From assembly GCA_010405405.1 (NCBI GenBank), contig MU004236.1, forward strand, positions 793,457 through 857,456: a DNA stretch of 64,000 nt, given 5' to 3'. Below the pieces are notes generated by a model that was not told the DNA's origin, made no database searches, and saw only the letters and a program-made list of their open reading frames with translations. Origin of the DNA: Microthyrium microscopicum. Its lineage: Eukaryota. Shown here piece by piece: positions 38,901-49,630 of this stretch. A program made the position numbers and the translations under genes. How positions within the stretch are numbered: position 1 is the first letter of the stretch; every line of letters starts with the position of its first letter.

Positions 38901-39702
38901 TGTCACTAGAACGCGATAAGTACAGCGACAGTTCTGAGTAAATCGATTTGACGAAGCGATGCAGAGGTGAAGCAAAGGCGATGGTAGCTGGTAGGATATT
39001 TCTTGCAGGCCTTATGGCAAGTGTGCTGTGTGCAGACTTGTGGTTCAACTAAAGAGTTAGTTCCGATGGAAGCGGCCATCGCGACACCAATCTCCTGTTC
39101 TTGCCACTTTGCCGCACTTATAATTCGAGATGGCCAGAACACTTTAGCAAGTTGGCGCTGTGTGAAATATGCGGCTCAAACTTGAGACACATTATGTTCT
39201 CCACCTTTCCAAAAGCTTCAGTCCTTCTGAAAACAAGTTGTCTATTGCAATTACCGCTCCATATGGACACTATGTCCATGCTGCTGCTCTTGCGTGTGAT
39301 AACTGGTTCTTGTGCTCAGAGGATTCACCGATATGCGTCTACAGTTTGGTAGACTAACGACACATGCGTTCTAAAAATAGATAGCATAGTAGGCAGCCAC
39401 ACGTGGATCGGTTGACTCGAGATGACTGAACCACTTGAAAAATTGTATTTGTGTAATATTTTTAAGGACTGCCAGGTCTATACAGTGGTACGACAAGTTT
39501 GGTACTTGGTAGAAGCTGGCATTCTATGACTGGACAACACAGCTGGTGTGTGTCCATCGACATTTGGCTTTGCATGATACGCGTCCTTTCGAACTTTCAA
39601 GGTGCCTGGATCTCGTTGCGTCCTGTAGTATTTCGAGTTCCACATACCCCGTGTCACTCATTAAATGTGACGCTCGATCAGTATATTGGTGGGCAGTCCA
39701 GA

Positions 39703-42700
39703 TCAACCAAAAATACTTTGAGAACCAGCAGTTTGAGCTAGCATAGAGTTCGTGAAAGAATTACCGGTCAGATTGATCGAAGGTTCAGAGATAGGACCCA
39801 TGGATATGTCTTGCTCGTCAGTCGTTGTCGCCACAGGGACCTTCCGTTTTGATTCCCCTTTCGCCTTTTTCGCTGGCTTATCAAGATTGAATGGATCCGA
39901 GTCTCGGTCGATACCTTTGATCTTTGTGCTACCACGTCCTTTACGACCAAATATCTGGACTGGTTTTGACAGTGGTGCCATTTGCGCTGTACCAAGTCCT
40001 TCTTCTTCCGACAGATCTAATGCTTGCACAGTTTTGATGATGCGGGAGATGCCTTGATCGTCACTCAATTGACTGGCTTCCATATGCTCAGTTTGTGTCA
40101 TGCGTTGACTTCGTTCAAAAATCGCCTCTTCGATTGTACCTTCGAGAATCAAAGTTTCTACAAACACTGGTTTCGTTTGGCCAATACGATGTGCTCGTTT
40201 AATGGCTTGCGCTTCAGCACTTGGCCGACATACGGGATTGATGAAAAAAACTCTGCTTGCTTTGTTGACATTGAGCCCGAACGCTCCTGATCTAATGTCC
40301 ATCAATAAAACTCGGATGCTATCATCCTCGTCAAAAGATACGACGTAGCGACTTTTTGACTCGTTGGAAAGTGATTTGGCGTAGATGAGATACTTGATAT
40401 GAAGAAGATCTAAGCATTGCGCAAGATAGAAAGCGGCATTGTCTCCATCGTAGAATATGATGATCTTTTCGGTTTCATGAAACTCCAGAACTCGATCAAT
40501 AAGGTAGCTTAACTTGGCAGATACGGTTCCAGTAAGCGTTGTATCGCGAAGTGATGATTCTTCAGGAAGCTCCCGAGAGTCGTAGTCTCGCTTTCGCTTC
40601 AAAGAAACCTTTGGGGTTGGAACTTCAGAAGCATCGGATGGTAAACTTGATTTAGCTTTGGAGGCTTTAAGAGCATCATCTTTCGTTGCGCTCTTGGAAA
40701 CTACTCTCTTGGGACTCGATGTGTTGTGTCTCTTCGCCGCTGAAGGCTCGCTACTCATAGCAGATTGTGGTACACCCACCTTTGTAACTTGGTGGCTGTC
40801 TTTCTTTGTTGTAGCTTTTCTATCAGCTTCTATGCTGCTCTCAAGGTCAATTGACGCGATTTCGCCAGCCGATTCGAGTCCACGCAGAGGCTCTTCATCA
40901 AAGAGTTGGTGATCCACAAAATTCTGAGCGGCTATCAATTGAGACGCTCCTATCATGTTAGGGTCTGAGTTGTTCCATGTCCAGCGAGATTTGGAACCTT
41001 CAGGCCAACTGTTGAGGAACACACCCAGTTCATGGTATCTGCTCATTGCTTGCCAGCCAGTCGAGTCCAGAACGCGGTTGGAGAAGGCTATACAGGAGTT
41101 AAGCAAGCTTCGATCTACATCAGTACATTTAATGTCGTCCTTGGCAAGATAAGTCATGCTAGTTTCGATGGCGGAAGAGATATTTTCAGCCGAAAAACCA
41201 GTCCAGAAGAAGTTGCTTTGCCGCAAATTTGTGATCAGCGCATACCGCGGCTTGGAGCTATTCTTATGAAACAGATAGTCCTGGTCAGTTCGTTCACTAC
41301 AAACGGCATTGGACGTCAAGAACAACACAAACAGGTTGGCAGTAATTTTGTCGTAGTATGAAGGCTTGAGCCTAATGATTTTGTGCTGGAGTGGGGGGAG
41401 TATTATGTCTCGCTCCACATCTTCTGGTTGAGTTTTGATAACCAAGGATTCGAGGGTTCTTCGAAGGCATGCAGAGAATGAAGAGTATGTCCGTTTTCTG
41501 TATTCGTCATGTTTGTAGATAAAGTCGTCCCACTCAACCTTTGCTTCGCCAGGGCCTGCCGCCCATGGACGCACTTGAAGAAAACACCCCGCAAGTAATC
41601 CAAGGCTTTTAGCTGCTCCTGAGGAGCCAAGCTCCTCCTGTGTGTTGAACTTCTTTCTCCTCTCAAGAGCAGTTTGTCTTAGGGATCCGGATTGCGCGAT
41701 AGAGAGAGATTCGGAGCTTTCTGGGGTCGAAGGGGAGCTTTCAGATGCAGGATCTGCCATGGAACTTGCGACGATATCCAATTCCATTGCATTATTGTCG
41801 GTAGATACATCCACTTCGATACCGTAGAGTCGATCTCGAGCTGGTGTCCCGCTAACAATCCACCGACGATCAGCAGTCACGAGCTTCTGAGCTACAAGAA
41901 CCGCATTAGAAGACGCTGATGAGAACTCATGACCTTCATCAATGATTATTCGAAGCCAATGAAGATCTTGTATTGGTGAATGATAGATTTCGTTTGAACG
42001 AAGGCAGTGGCAGTCTCGCTCTCTCGTCGCACCAATGTAGGGGCAATGGCACTCTAAGAAGGTATTGTTGGTATTTCTACCAAAGCGATCGGAGCCATGG
42101 CGAATCTCCTTCTCAAATGTCGGCTTGGAAAAGAGTACGACATCATAGTGTCTCAAGCCTTCGGCCGGAGGCATAACAGCTTTTGAGCCATCCAATACAA
42201 GAACCTTGAGTCCATTTGGACCTGACTGAACGTGTTTACGAAGCTCGGATTTCCATTGGTGAACCAGATTTCGTGGCACAACAATAATTGTGCCACTGCA
42301 AAGTAGCATCTTTCTTGCTGGTGGTGTTTGGGTCCGGCGATTGCTGCGAGGAGCTACTCCTGGTATGTAATAAACCGTAGGGTTCAGTTCAATATGTTTT
42401 GTGATGGCGAAATGGTCGATGCCCAATTCCCGTCGTATATGATCTAGATGCGCTTTTGCAGGTATCGAGTTTCGCCCAGCTGTGTCGATAGCCAGCTCAA
42501 GTAAGGAAGGCACCATCGTGCGGTCTTCTAGTCGATGTTGATACTGAGGTGGTATCTTGGGAAGGTGATGCCTTGTAGCAAGAATAACAGCAAAGCAGAT
42601 GAGCGTCTTACCAAGACCCATTGTTTCTGCAAGAATACCGCATCTATTAGATTCGTATTGTGGTGCATTTCGGGCAAATAAGAGCTCTCGTGGAACGAAA

Positions 42701-43440
42701 TAGTAAGGCCTCCCATCTGGACCCAGCCGCTCTTCGTACCGGGGATCGGGACGCAACTGGAGTGTTGATTCTTGCTGTATCATTGCAGCAGCCGAGCGTG
42801 CCTGGTACGGATATAAAGATGTCTTGAGACCTGGAAATGACTCAAACGTGTCCAACAAATCTTCCACAGAGCAGCGAGCGAAGCGATCTTGAATGCTCGA
42901 GGCATCTGGTCTGGGAGAGGGTAGTGTGTTGAATATGTAGAAGAGGGAGCCATCCTCCTCTTGGGCCCAGGGGCTGAAAGCTGACGAGAGTGCCGTGTCT
43001 TCTAAAGACCAGACCTTCCCAGAAGTATTGATTGATGACAGCAGTATTTCTAGATCCAACCGGCGGCCTTTACTATGTCTTGAAACACTTGAACGACCAA
43101 CATCGTCGGGGAGTAGGTAGACTCGATAGACAACTCTATCGTCTGCCAGATTTGCAAGGACCCGAAGCCAGCGAGCCTTCAATAGCCTGTTGAGAGCATC
43201 GACCACTCCTCCGTCAAAGGCAGATTCCCGACACTGGATATTGGCGACAGAAAAAACTTCAGTCCAACTCAGATTAGATCCGCGCAAGCACGGCAAGGCC
43301 TCGCTTGACTGGTAGCATCCTATTGGAACGTGCTGGTGAAGTGGAATTAGCACGTTCGACGATGAAGTTGATGGCGACGTTGTGGACATCTGTCCGTTTT
43401 TGTGGAGGTCAGCTAATCTTTCCAAGCAGATGGAGTCCAT
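39703..43440 (-). CDS. SNF2-family (Rad5/Rad16-like) helicase/ATPase
   Basis: GILAETMGLGKT (motif I), IIIDEGH (II), WIVSGTP (III), GAFGLNV (V), QAIKRAHRIGQ (VI). Intronless 1245-aa ORF. Confidence 0.9.
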   Translation of the reverse strand: MDSICLERLADLHKNGQMSTTSPSTSSSNVLIPLHQHVPIGCYQSSEALPCLRGSNLSWTEVFSVANIQCRESAFDGGVVDALNRLLKARWLRVLANLADDRVVYRVYLLPDDVGRSSVSRHSKGRRLDLEILLSSINTSGKVWSLEDTALSSAFSPWAQEEDGSLFYIFNTLPSPRPDASSIQDRFARCSVEDLLDTFESFPGLKTSLYPYQARSAAAMIQQESTLQLRPDPRYEERLGPDGRPYYFVPRELLFARNAPQYESNRCGILAETMGLGKTLICFAVILATRHHLPKIPPQYQHRLEDRTMVPSLLELAIDTAGRNSIPAKAHLDHIRRELGIDHFAITKHIELNPTVYYIPGVAPRSNRRTQTPPARKMLLCSGTIIVVPRNLVHQWKSELRKHVQSGPNGLKVLVLDGSKAVMPPAEGLRHYDVVLFSKPTFEKEIRHGSDRFGRNTNNTFLECHCPYIGATRERDCHCLRSNEIYHSPIQDLHWLRIIIDEGHEFSSASSNAVLVAQKLVTADRRWIVSGTPARDRLYGIEVDVSTDNNAMELDIVASSMADPASESSPSTPESSESLSIAQSGSLRQTALERRKKFNTQEELGSSGAAKSLGLLAGCFLQVRPWAAGPGEAKVEWDDFIYKHDEYRKRTYSSFSACLRRTLESLVIKTQPEDVERDIILPPLQHKIIRLKPSYYDKITANLFVLFLTSNAVCSERTDQDYLFHKNSSKPRYALITNLRQSNFFWTGFSAENISSAIETSMTYLAKDDIKCTDVDRSLLNSCIAFSNRVLDSTGWQAMSRYHELGVFLNSWPEGSKSRWTWNNSDPNMIGASQLIAAQNFVDHQLFDEEPLRGLESAGEIASIDLESSIEADRKATTKKDSHQVTKVGVPQSAMSSEPSAAKRHNTSSPKRVVSKSATKDDALKASKAKSSLPSDASEVPTPKVSLKRKRDYDSRELPEESSLRDTTLTGTVSAKLSYLIDRVLEFHETEKIIIFYDGDNAAFYLAQCLDLLHIKYLIYAKSLSNESKSRYVVSFDEDDSIRVLLMDIRSGAFGLNVNKASRVFFINPVCRPSAEAQAIKRAHRIGQTKPVFVETLILEGTIEEAIFERSQRMTQTEHMEASQLSDDQGISRIIKTVQALDLSEEEGLGTAQMAPLSKPVQIFGRKGRGSTKIKGIDRDSDPFNLDKPAKKAKGESKRKVPVATTTDEQDISMGPISEPSINLTGNSFTNSMLAQTAGSQSIFG

Positions 43441-44059
43441 AAACGCCGGGAGTTCTCTTCAGCCTTTGGACTTTTGCTTCCTGATGCAATGATTCTAGAT
43501 TCCGCTCAGTCGGAAGAGCCCCGAAGTGCTGCGCCTAGTGGTCTAGAGATGAATGATGATGCCTCCCAATAAGCGACGAACTTATTGCAGCAGTGCCTGG
43601 CATTGCTGACCCTAGCAACGTCTGAGAGCAAATAAACTGTAAGGAACGAGGCGTCAGATAAGCTGATACGAAAGTTGAAGTGTTGAGATGAACCACGATG
43701 CTCAGTGTCCAGTATTCAATGTACCATCAATCTTCAGATCTGGAGGCAACTGATTGATATTGCGCTAAGTCCAAAAAAGGACTAGTGCATATCGCAGGCT
43801 CCAATGCTCCTTCCGCGTTCATTGGGTTGGACCTTCGGATCATTACATCTCCAAAGTCATTGCCGCCCTCTACTTCTACTTCTCCTCCAATAACCCTGGA
43901 TTCCATTTGAAAGCCTACTATGACTGTCCGTCCTCACTCCCTGACCGCGACTCAGCATTTACTCAACCACGATCAACCTTTACACGCTATCATGTTAGTG
44001 TTCACTCCACAAACTCGCCTGTCGTGCTCTCCATCTACGCCACTGCAACATTCGTAAAC

Positions 44060-47000
44060 ATGGATCAGAATATCTATGAGACGCGACTTGCGCCCTCTAT
44101 ACGTCTTTCTCCCCCTTCGACGCCAATCCATCCTTCAAGAGATGGTTCTCTCCGTTTACGCCGGTCTCCCGCTAAGCAGCCGATACATCTTTTGGACGAG
44201 CCAGGTCCCACACTTGACCAGATCCTGAATGACGACTCGCTTACTGCATCACAAAAAGATCTTGCGCATCGGGTGGCCCATGCCGCGAAACGAGTCCAAG
44301 ACTGGCACAAGGAACTTGAACATTGGAAATGGACGGGCTCTTTTGATCGAGAAGTCTACGACCCAGAAGTGGGGACTGACGATGGCTTGCATACTGCAGA
44401 TGGTGATACATGGCTTGATGAGCATGGGTCCATCTCCTCTTCCATTCTCACTCAATACGAGGCTACGCTAGATCACATCCATGATGAACTACCCCATCTA
44501 GATCTCGACGACCTAAAAGAACGCATCCTGGAATTGCATCAAAACAACTCTCGACCGTCATCTCGAGGTTCGAATATAACAGCATCCAGCCTTGCATATT
44601 TAGACGACTATTCATTTTTCGTCACTCGCACACTTATTCGCATTTTGCCAGCATCTTCTAGTTTTCGGTCGCGACTAAAAACATGGTCTGCAAGAATCAG
44701 TGTTTTCCATCACATTCCAAAGTTTATGCAAAATTATCGACTAGCGCGTATTCATGTCAAAACTGCTTGGCAGCAACTCGAGAATGATATACAGTCACCA
44801 CTGAGTGAAGAAAAGATCGATGAGGAACAAAAGCATTTAGACATTGTCAGAGGGAACACTCATATTTTCATTTCGGGTGCAGGCAATATTCTTGATGTTA
44901 TGCTGGATCTTCTAGAAGATCAGGAAGATTTGTTGCCGGAAAACTGGATAGATGTCTTCGAAAGATTAGAAGCCGAGTTTTCCAATTGGTGCTGTGCTGC
45001 GCAGAGGAGAATTTTCGGCTTTCGAATAGCACTCGAATCTGCCACACATTCTAAAGCAACGCAAGAGCCAAATTTTGAGGTCAAGGAGGTGGATATTCCA
45101 AATCTCAAAACTACCGAAGCTCCTGCAGAAGGCAGAGGTCTGACTTCAGCATCGATGGGGCCAACCGTGGACGGCGTACCTCGAGAACGAGTACCCGCTG
45201 AGGATGCTACGATAGCTTCACTAGAGCAGACTTCGGATACAGCATTGTCTACAAACTCATCAACAAGTCATTTCAATTCTGGTTCATCCAAGATCTCGGC
45301 CATTGTCATGACAGATCCACCGGACCCGAATGCTTCAAATCGGACTATCCCAAGCACTTTCCCCAAACAAACTGAGCCCGAAACTAGACAAATACCCGCA
45401 GTGGCTGGAAATGCCATGTCACCACCAGCAAAAGTACTAACACCTCCCACTCTCCAGCTGCTCGCCACAGAACATAGTAAACCATTACCAGAGTCACCAG
45501 AGACACCAAGTTCACTCGTAGAAAATCCTCAGAAAATTGATGACCACGATGTTCTTTCAGTTGTCCCCGAGCTTGCGCCTCCGGAAGCAGATGATTCAAA
45601 GCCAGACGGCCAAAATAGGACTTACTCGTCGGATTTGCCCCATACACCAGTTTTAGAGCATTCTGAGCAACATCAAAAGCAACCTGGGGAAACGCCTTTA
45701 TCGTCTTCGTCAAAAGATCGTGTAGACCGGACAGTTCAAGAGATTCCGCCTCCAAAAGCAACCGAGGTCGAACCGGAAGTTTTGCCTGCTGCCAACACCG
45801 AGGACTCGTCAATGAAAAATGCCTCTACTGAATCACTTGCCGACAGTTCTGTGCTAGTAACACCCTTTATCACTGAACAAGCCGAGTGGGAAATGGATGC
45901 TACCAAACTGACAATCCCTGACATGGACGCAACAGAGATTAGCCGTTCAGATCGAGTAGGATCCCCTACCCCTAGTGAGGGTTTTGGAGATTATTCGCTT
46001 TATGAAGACATGTCAAATATGTCAGTCGTCTCGGAGTTCGAGGAACCAGATTTTGAAATGGATGATTCGCCATCCCATCGAAAGAATCGCGTCTCACAAA
46101 TGCCTCAGCCTCCCTTGAACGCTATGATGAGGAAAAAGAGAGGTGATCGCGGGCCACGGATACGACTTACTACCTTTACTGATGATAAGGACCTAATAAC
46201 CTCAACACCTCAGTATAGCCCGCTGCCATCCGCGGAAAAGACTGGATCATCACCATTTTCGCCAGTCTCCCCAGTTCTTCCGCTCGAACAGCAAATTAGT
46301 AACATTCTGGATGCAATTCCAACCCCTATTCGCCTGAGGACAGGCCCGAAGCCAAATGCTCCTGAAGTAAAAAGAAATCGCCTTAGAACAGCGTCTGCTC
46401 AAAGTCGTCGCCCATCTATTCAATCGCGTTCAGCAACTCCTTCGTTGACCTTGGCTCCGGCGGATGAATCCTCATCTCGAAGATCCAACTCAAGTGGTCC
46501 AGACATTAGACTTTACCATCTTATTCAGACAGGTCAAGATAAGCCGATCAAGTTGTTTATTAGACGAGTTGGTGAAAACGGGGAACGCGTCATGGTTCGA
46601 GTTGGAGGTGGCTGGGCTGATTTGGCCGAGTACCTACGAATTTATGCAGAGCATCATGGTCGCCGTGCAGTTAGTGATGGCCGGATTGAAATCCAGGCTC
46701 TAGGGGACAAGGCAAATGTCACTCCAAAAGGGTCTGAAAGCCGTAGGGCAACTCTTGTCAATGGTTACTCGCGTTCGAATACTCCTACCGGAGACTGGCA
46801 AGCTGAACAAGATTCAGCAACATCAACTCCACGTTTGGCTTTCGAAACTCCACAGTCAGTGGCCTCGGCTGGATCACGTCGAAGTCTAGCTTGGGACGAA
46901 GTTGGGCTGGCCGGGCCAAAGACCAAGCGTGGTGAGATGAGCGAAGAGAAGAAGGAGTGGGTCGATGCCGTGGTGGAACAGGCTAAAAGATCAATGGGCA

Positions 47001-47086
47001 AAAGTATTGAAGTTGGTGATCTTGGAAAATCTGGAGGAACACGTCGTATCTTCTTCAAGGGACGTAAACCATCCGGTGCTGAATAG
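44060..47086 (+). CDS. GAS2/GAR-domain protein (microtubule-binding domain near C-terminus)
   Basis: KLFIRRVGENGERVMVRVGGGWADLAEYL is the GAS2 signature. First ATG is at 44060. Confidence 0.85.
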   Translation: MDQNIYETRLAPSIRLSPPSTPIHPSRDGSLRLRRSPAKQPIHLLDEPGPTLDQILNDDSLTASQKDLAHRVAHAAKRVQDWHKELEHWKWTGSFDREVYDPEVGTDDGLHTADGDTWLDEHGSISSSILTQYEATLDHIHDELPHLDLDDLKERILELHQNNSRPSSRGSNITASSLAYLDDYSFFVTRTLIRILPASSSFRSRLKTWSARISVFHHIPKFMQNYRLARIHVKTAWQQLENDIQSPLSEEKIDEEQKHLDIVRGNTHIFISGAGNILDVMLDLLEDQEDLLPENWIDVFERLEAEFSNWCCAAQRRIFGFRIALESATHSKATQEPNFEVKEVDIPNLKTTEAPAEGRGLTSASMGPTVDGVPRERVPAEDATIASLEQTSDTALSTNSSTSHFNSGSSKISAIVMTDPPDPNASNRTIPSTFPKQTEPETRQIPAVAGNAMSPPAKVLTPPTLQLLATEHSKPLPESPETPSSLVENPQKIDDHDVLSVVPELAPPEADDSKPDGQNRTYSSDLPHTPVLEHSEQHQKQPGETPLSSSSKDRVDRTVQEIPPPKATEVEPEVLPAANTEDSSMKNASTESLADSSVLVTPFITEQAEWEMDATKLTIPDMDATEISRSDRVGSPTPSEGFGDYSLYEDMSNMSVVSEFEEPDFEMDDSPSHRKNRVSQMPQPPLNAMMRKKRGDRGPRIRLTTFTDDKDLITSTPQYSPLPSAEKTGSSPFSPVSPVLPLEQQISNILDAIPTPIRLRTGPKPNAPEVKRNRLRTASAQSRRPSIQSRSATPSLTLAPADESSSRRSNSSGPDIRLYHLIQTGQDKPIKLFIRRVGENGERVMVRVGGGWADLAEYLRIYAEHHGRRAVSDGRIEIQALGDKANVTPKGSESRRATLVNGYSRSNTPTGDWQAEQDSATSTPRLAFETPQSVASAGSRRSLAWDEVGLAGPKTKRGEMSEEKKEWVDAVVEQAKRSMGKSIEVGDLGKSGGTRRIFFKGRKPSGAE

Positions 47087-48102
47087 AGTGAGGGACTGGT
47101 GGTTATATCGAGCTCGCCTCGGATCGCGAAGTCGAAACTGGCTGGCGATTTTTAGGCATTTCTTTTGTTTTATCACATTTTTAGGCTGATATGGTCTCCC
47201 ATTGTCAGGTCAAGATGTATGGTCTTCTTGAGCTTCAAATTGATGGAGACTTTATCAGCTGTCATTTCCATATCTTTTCCTTTTCATCTTTCAGTCCTAT
47301 TTTCGTTCTATGGACCTGGATCCAGGCGGATTATACCCCAGGGAGCGGCGCGATTCTGGCATTTTATCCCTTTACAGTCTTTAGCATTTCTAGCCTGATC
47401 TTACTCAGAAATAGACCGACTTCCGAATTTCAGCTGAGGTTTGAGCAACTCTCATGCCAACTTTTTCCTGTAACCGCACCGCGTGTGAACTCTTTTACGT
47501 ACTTTGTAGCAAAAGTAGACCAGAAATCAAGCGGACAATGCCGAAGCTTGTTCAGTCAATGATCGACGAATGCTACCTCTTGATACCCACGATGATGGTC
47601 CGCTTGCACTCATTGGCCAGCTCCAGATTCGAATATGGTCAAAGTGCTGCAGGTCCGATCAATCTTCTGCAACACCATGCAACAATCCCACTCCCAATAC
47701 TATCCTACATTCCCAATCTAGTTAACATTGAATTATTAGCTCTCTCTTGAACCTTTCCGGATCATTTGCTACTCCACCTCCCAGCCTCCCACTGGCTACC
47801 ATACCATCAACTTTCTGCTCTCCACACGTCATGCCGCCACCGGCCGGAAGCAATCTGTATTTCCAGAAAGTTGTATCTTGCCCCTCCAAAGATGATTTCG
47901 TAGAACGGCCTATCCTATAGCTTCAGCGTACAAGATGCACGTGGGAAGCATGATCCATGCAATCCAGGATCAGAGGTAGACAATCCAGCATGCCGGGCTC
48001 AAGATCATATATGATGAGCTTGCTTGCCCGCCCAAGCTAGGTAAGCTGTACAATATCCTTGCTGAAGATTTACTTCGCGAACCATATATACCGAACAAAA
48101 TC

Positions 48103-49263
48103 ATGGTCGCTCAACTATTGCTTGCTGCGTCTTTGGCTGGTGGGGTGGTGGCCTCGTTGTATGGCGAGTCGAACTTGAATCATACATGTGTGCTTTCGCA
48201 GCCGCTTCTTTCTTGTTCTCCGCCTACGTTGGTGGCTAATGTTAGCAAGTCGATTGATACTTGCTGTGTAGAGACTTTTGGAGGTAAGTTTGATTATGTG
48301 GGTCTTGGGGATTGTGTCTGATTGGGGTTGTAGGATTGTTTTTGTCGACGCAGTTTTGGGATACTTATACGGGTTTGGAATCTCAAGGTCAAAAGCTTCC
48401 TGCTGATTCTTGGACACTTCATGGTCTTTGGTAAGTGTTTACACTAATCTCACTGGTGACAAGCTCCATTGAAATGCACGCAATAGACCAACAACAGACA
48501 TTAGTTAACAGTTTTTTAGGCCCGATTTCTGCAACGGAAGTTACACACAATATTGCGATCTAAATCGCCAATATGACCCTACACCATCCCCAAACACGAC
48601 AAATGGTCTTCCAAATGGCACTGCAGTCCCAGCGTACAAAGGTGCTCCAGTCAGTACTTTTCTCACTGCCCTCGGAAAGCTAGATCTTCTTGCCTTCATG
48701 AATAAGTTCTGGATCAATCAAGGAGCGCCAAACACAGACTTTTGGGGCCATGAATTCTCCAAGCACGCCACCTGCTTCAGCACATTCGATGTGCCATGCT
48801 ATGGTCCCCTATACGTGCAGCACCAAGAAGTTGCCGAATTCTACGAGACCGCCATCAAGTACTACCAGCGCCTCCCTACCTGGGGTTGGCTTACACAGGC
48901 AGGAATTCGACCTTCAAACACTACAAGCTATAGTCTCTCGGACATCCAGACGGCATTGACCAAAGGATATGGCAAACTTCCTTACATTGCTTGCTCTGGC
49001 CCGGCTTATAACACCACTGCTGCTGGTAAGGGTTCCACTGATGCAGGCAAGATATACCTAAGTGAAACTTGGTACTATTTCTATGTGAGTTGATCAAGTT
49101 ACTAATGCTGAATATACACTAATGGTTGTAGGCGTATGGTAGACCTCAGGATGGACAATGGGCGCCACAAAATGCTAGTGTTTCTAATTCGCCTGTTACG
49201 AATTGTGCGACGTCAAAAGGAGCTGTGCAATATTTGGAGCGTACTGCATCTTCGCTACAATGA
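48103..49263 (+). CDS. Secreted ribonuclease T2; 4 exons
   Basis: Signal peptide, DTCCVETFGG, CAS I WTLHGLW|PDFC, CAS II FWGHEFSKHATC. Confidence 0.92.
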
Positions 49264-49630
49264 GTAATTTGACGGGACCTTATAGATTGATTGGCTACGT
49301 CAACCAGAGTACATTAATGTCAATTTCTAATAATCAATAATTTAAACATCTTGTGACATTTTGGGGGAAAGTGTGAAACGATAATTAACCAAGAGCTTTT
49401 CTACATGCTCTAGTCACTATTGCAATGGTATAAAAGTGGACAACTTCCAAACAGCCTTCGCTCCGGAGTGTTCAGCTATTTATTCCTCAGCCTTGTGCCT
49501 TCAGCCTTGTGGGTCGCGACGGGTGGTCCAAGCGTTGAAAAAGAGAACTGCCAAAACTCCGAGATCTCCTGTCGCGAAATATTTAGACAACTTTCAATCC
49601 ACCTCTTCTTGGGTATGCCCCGAATACTAA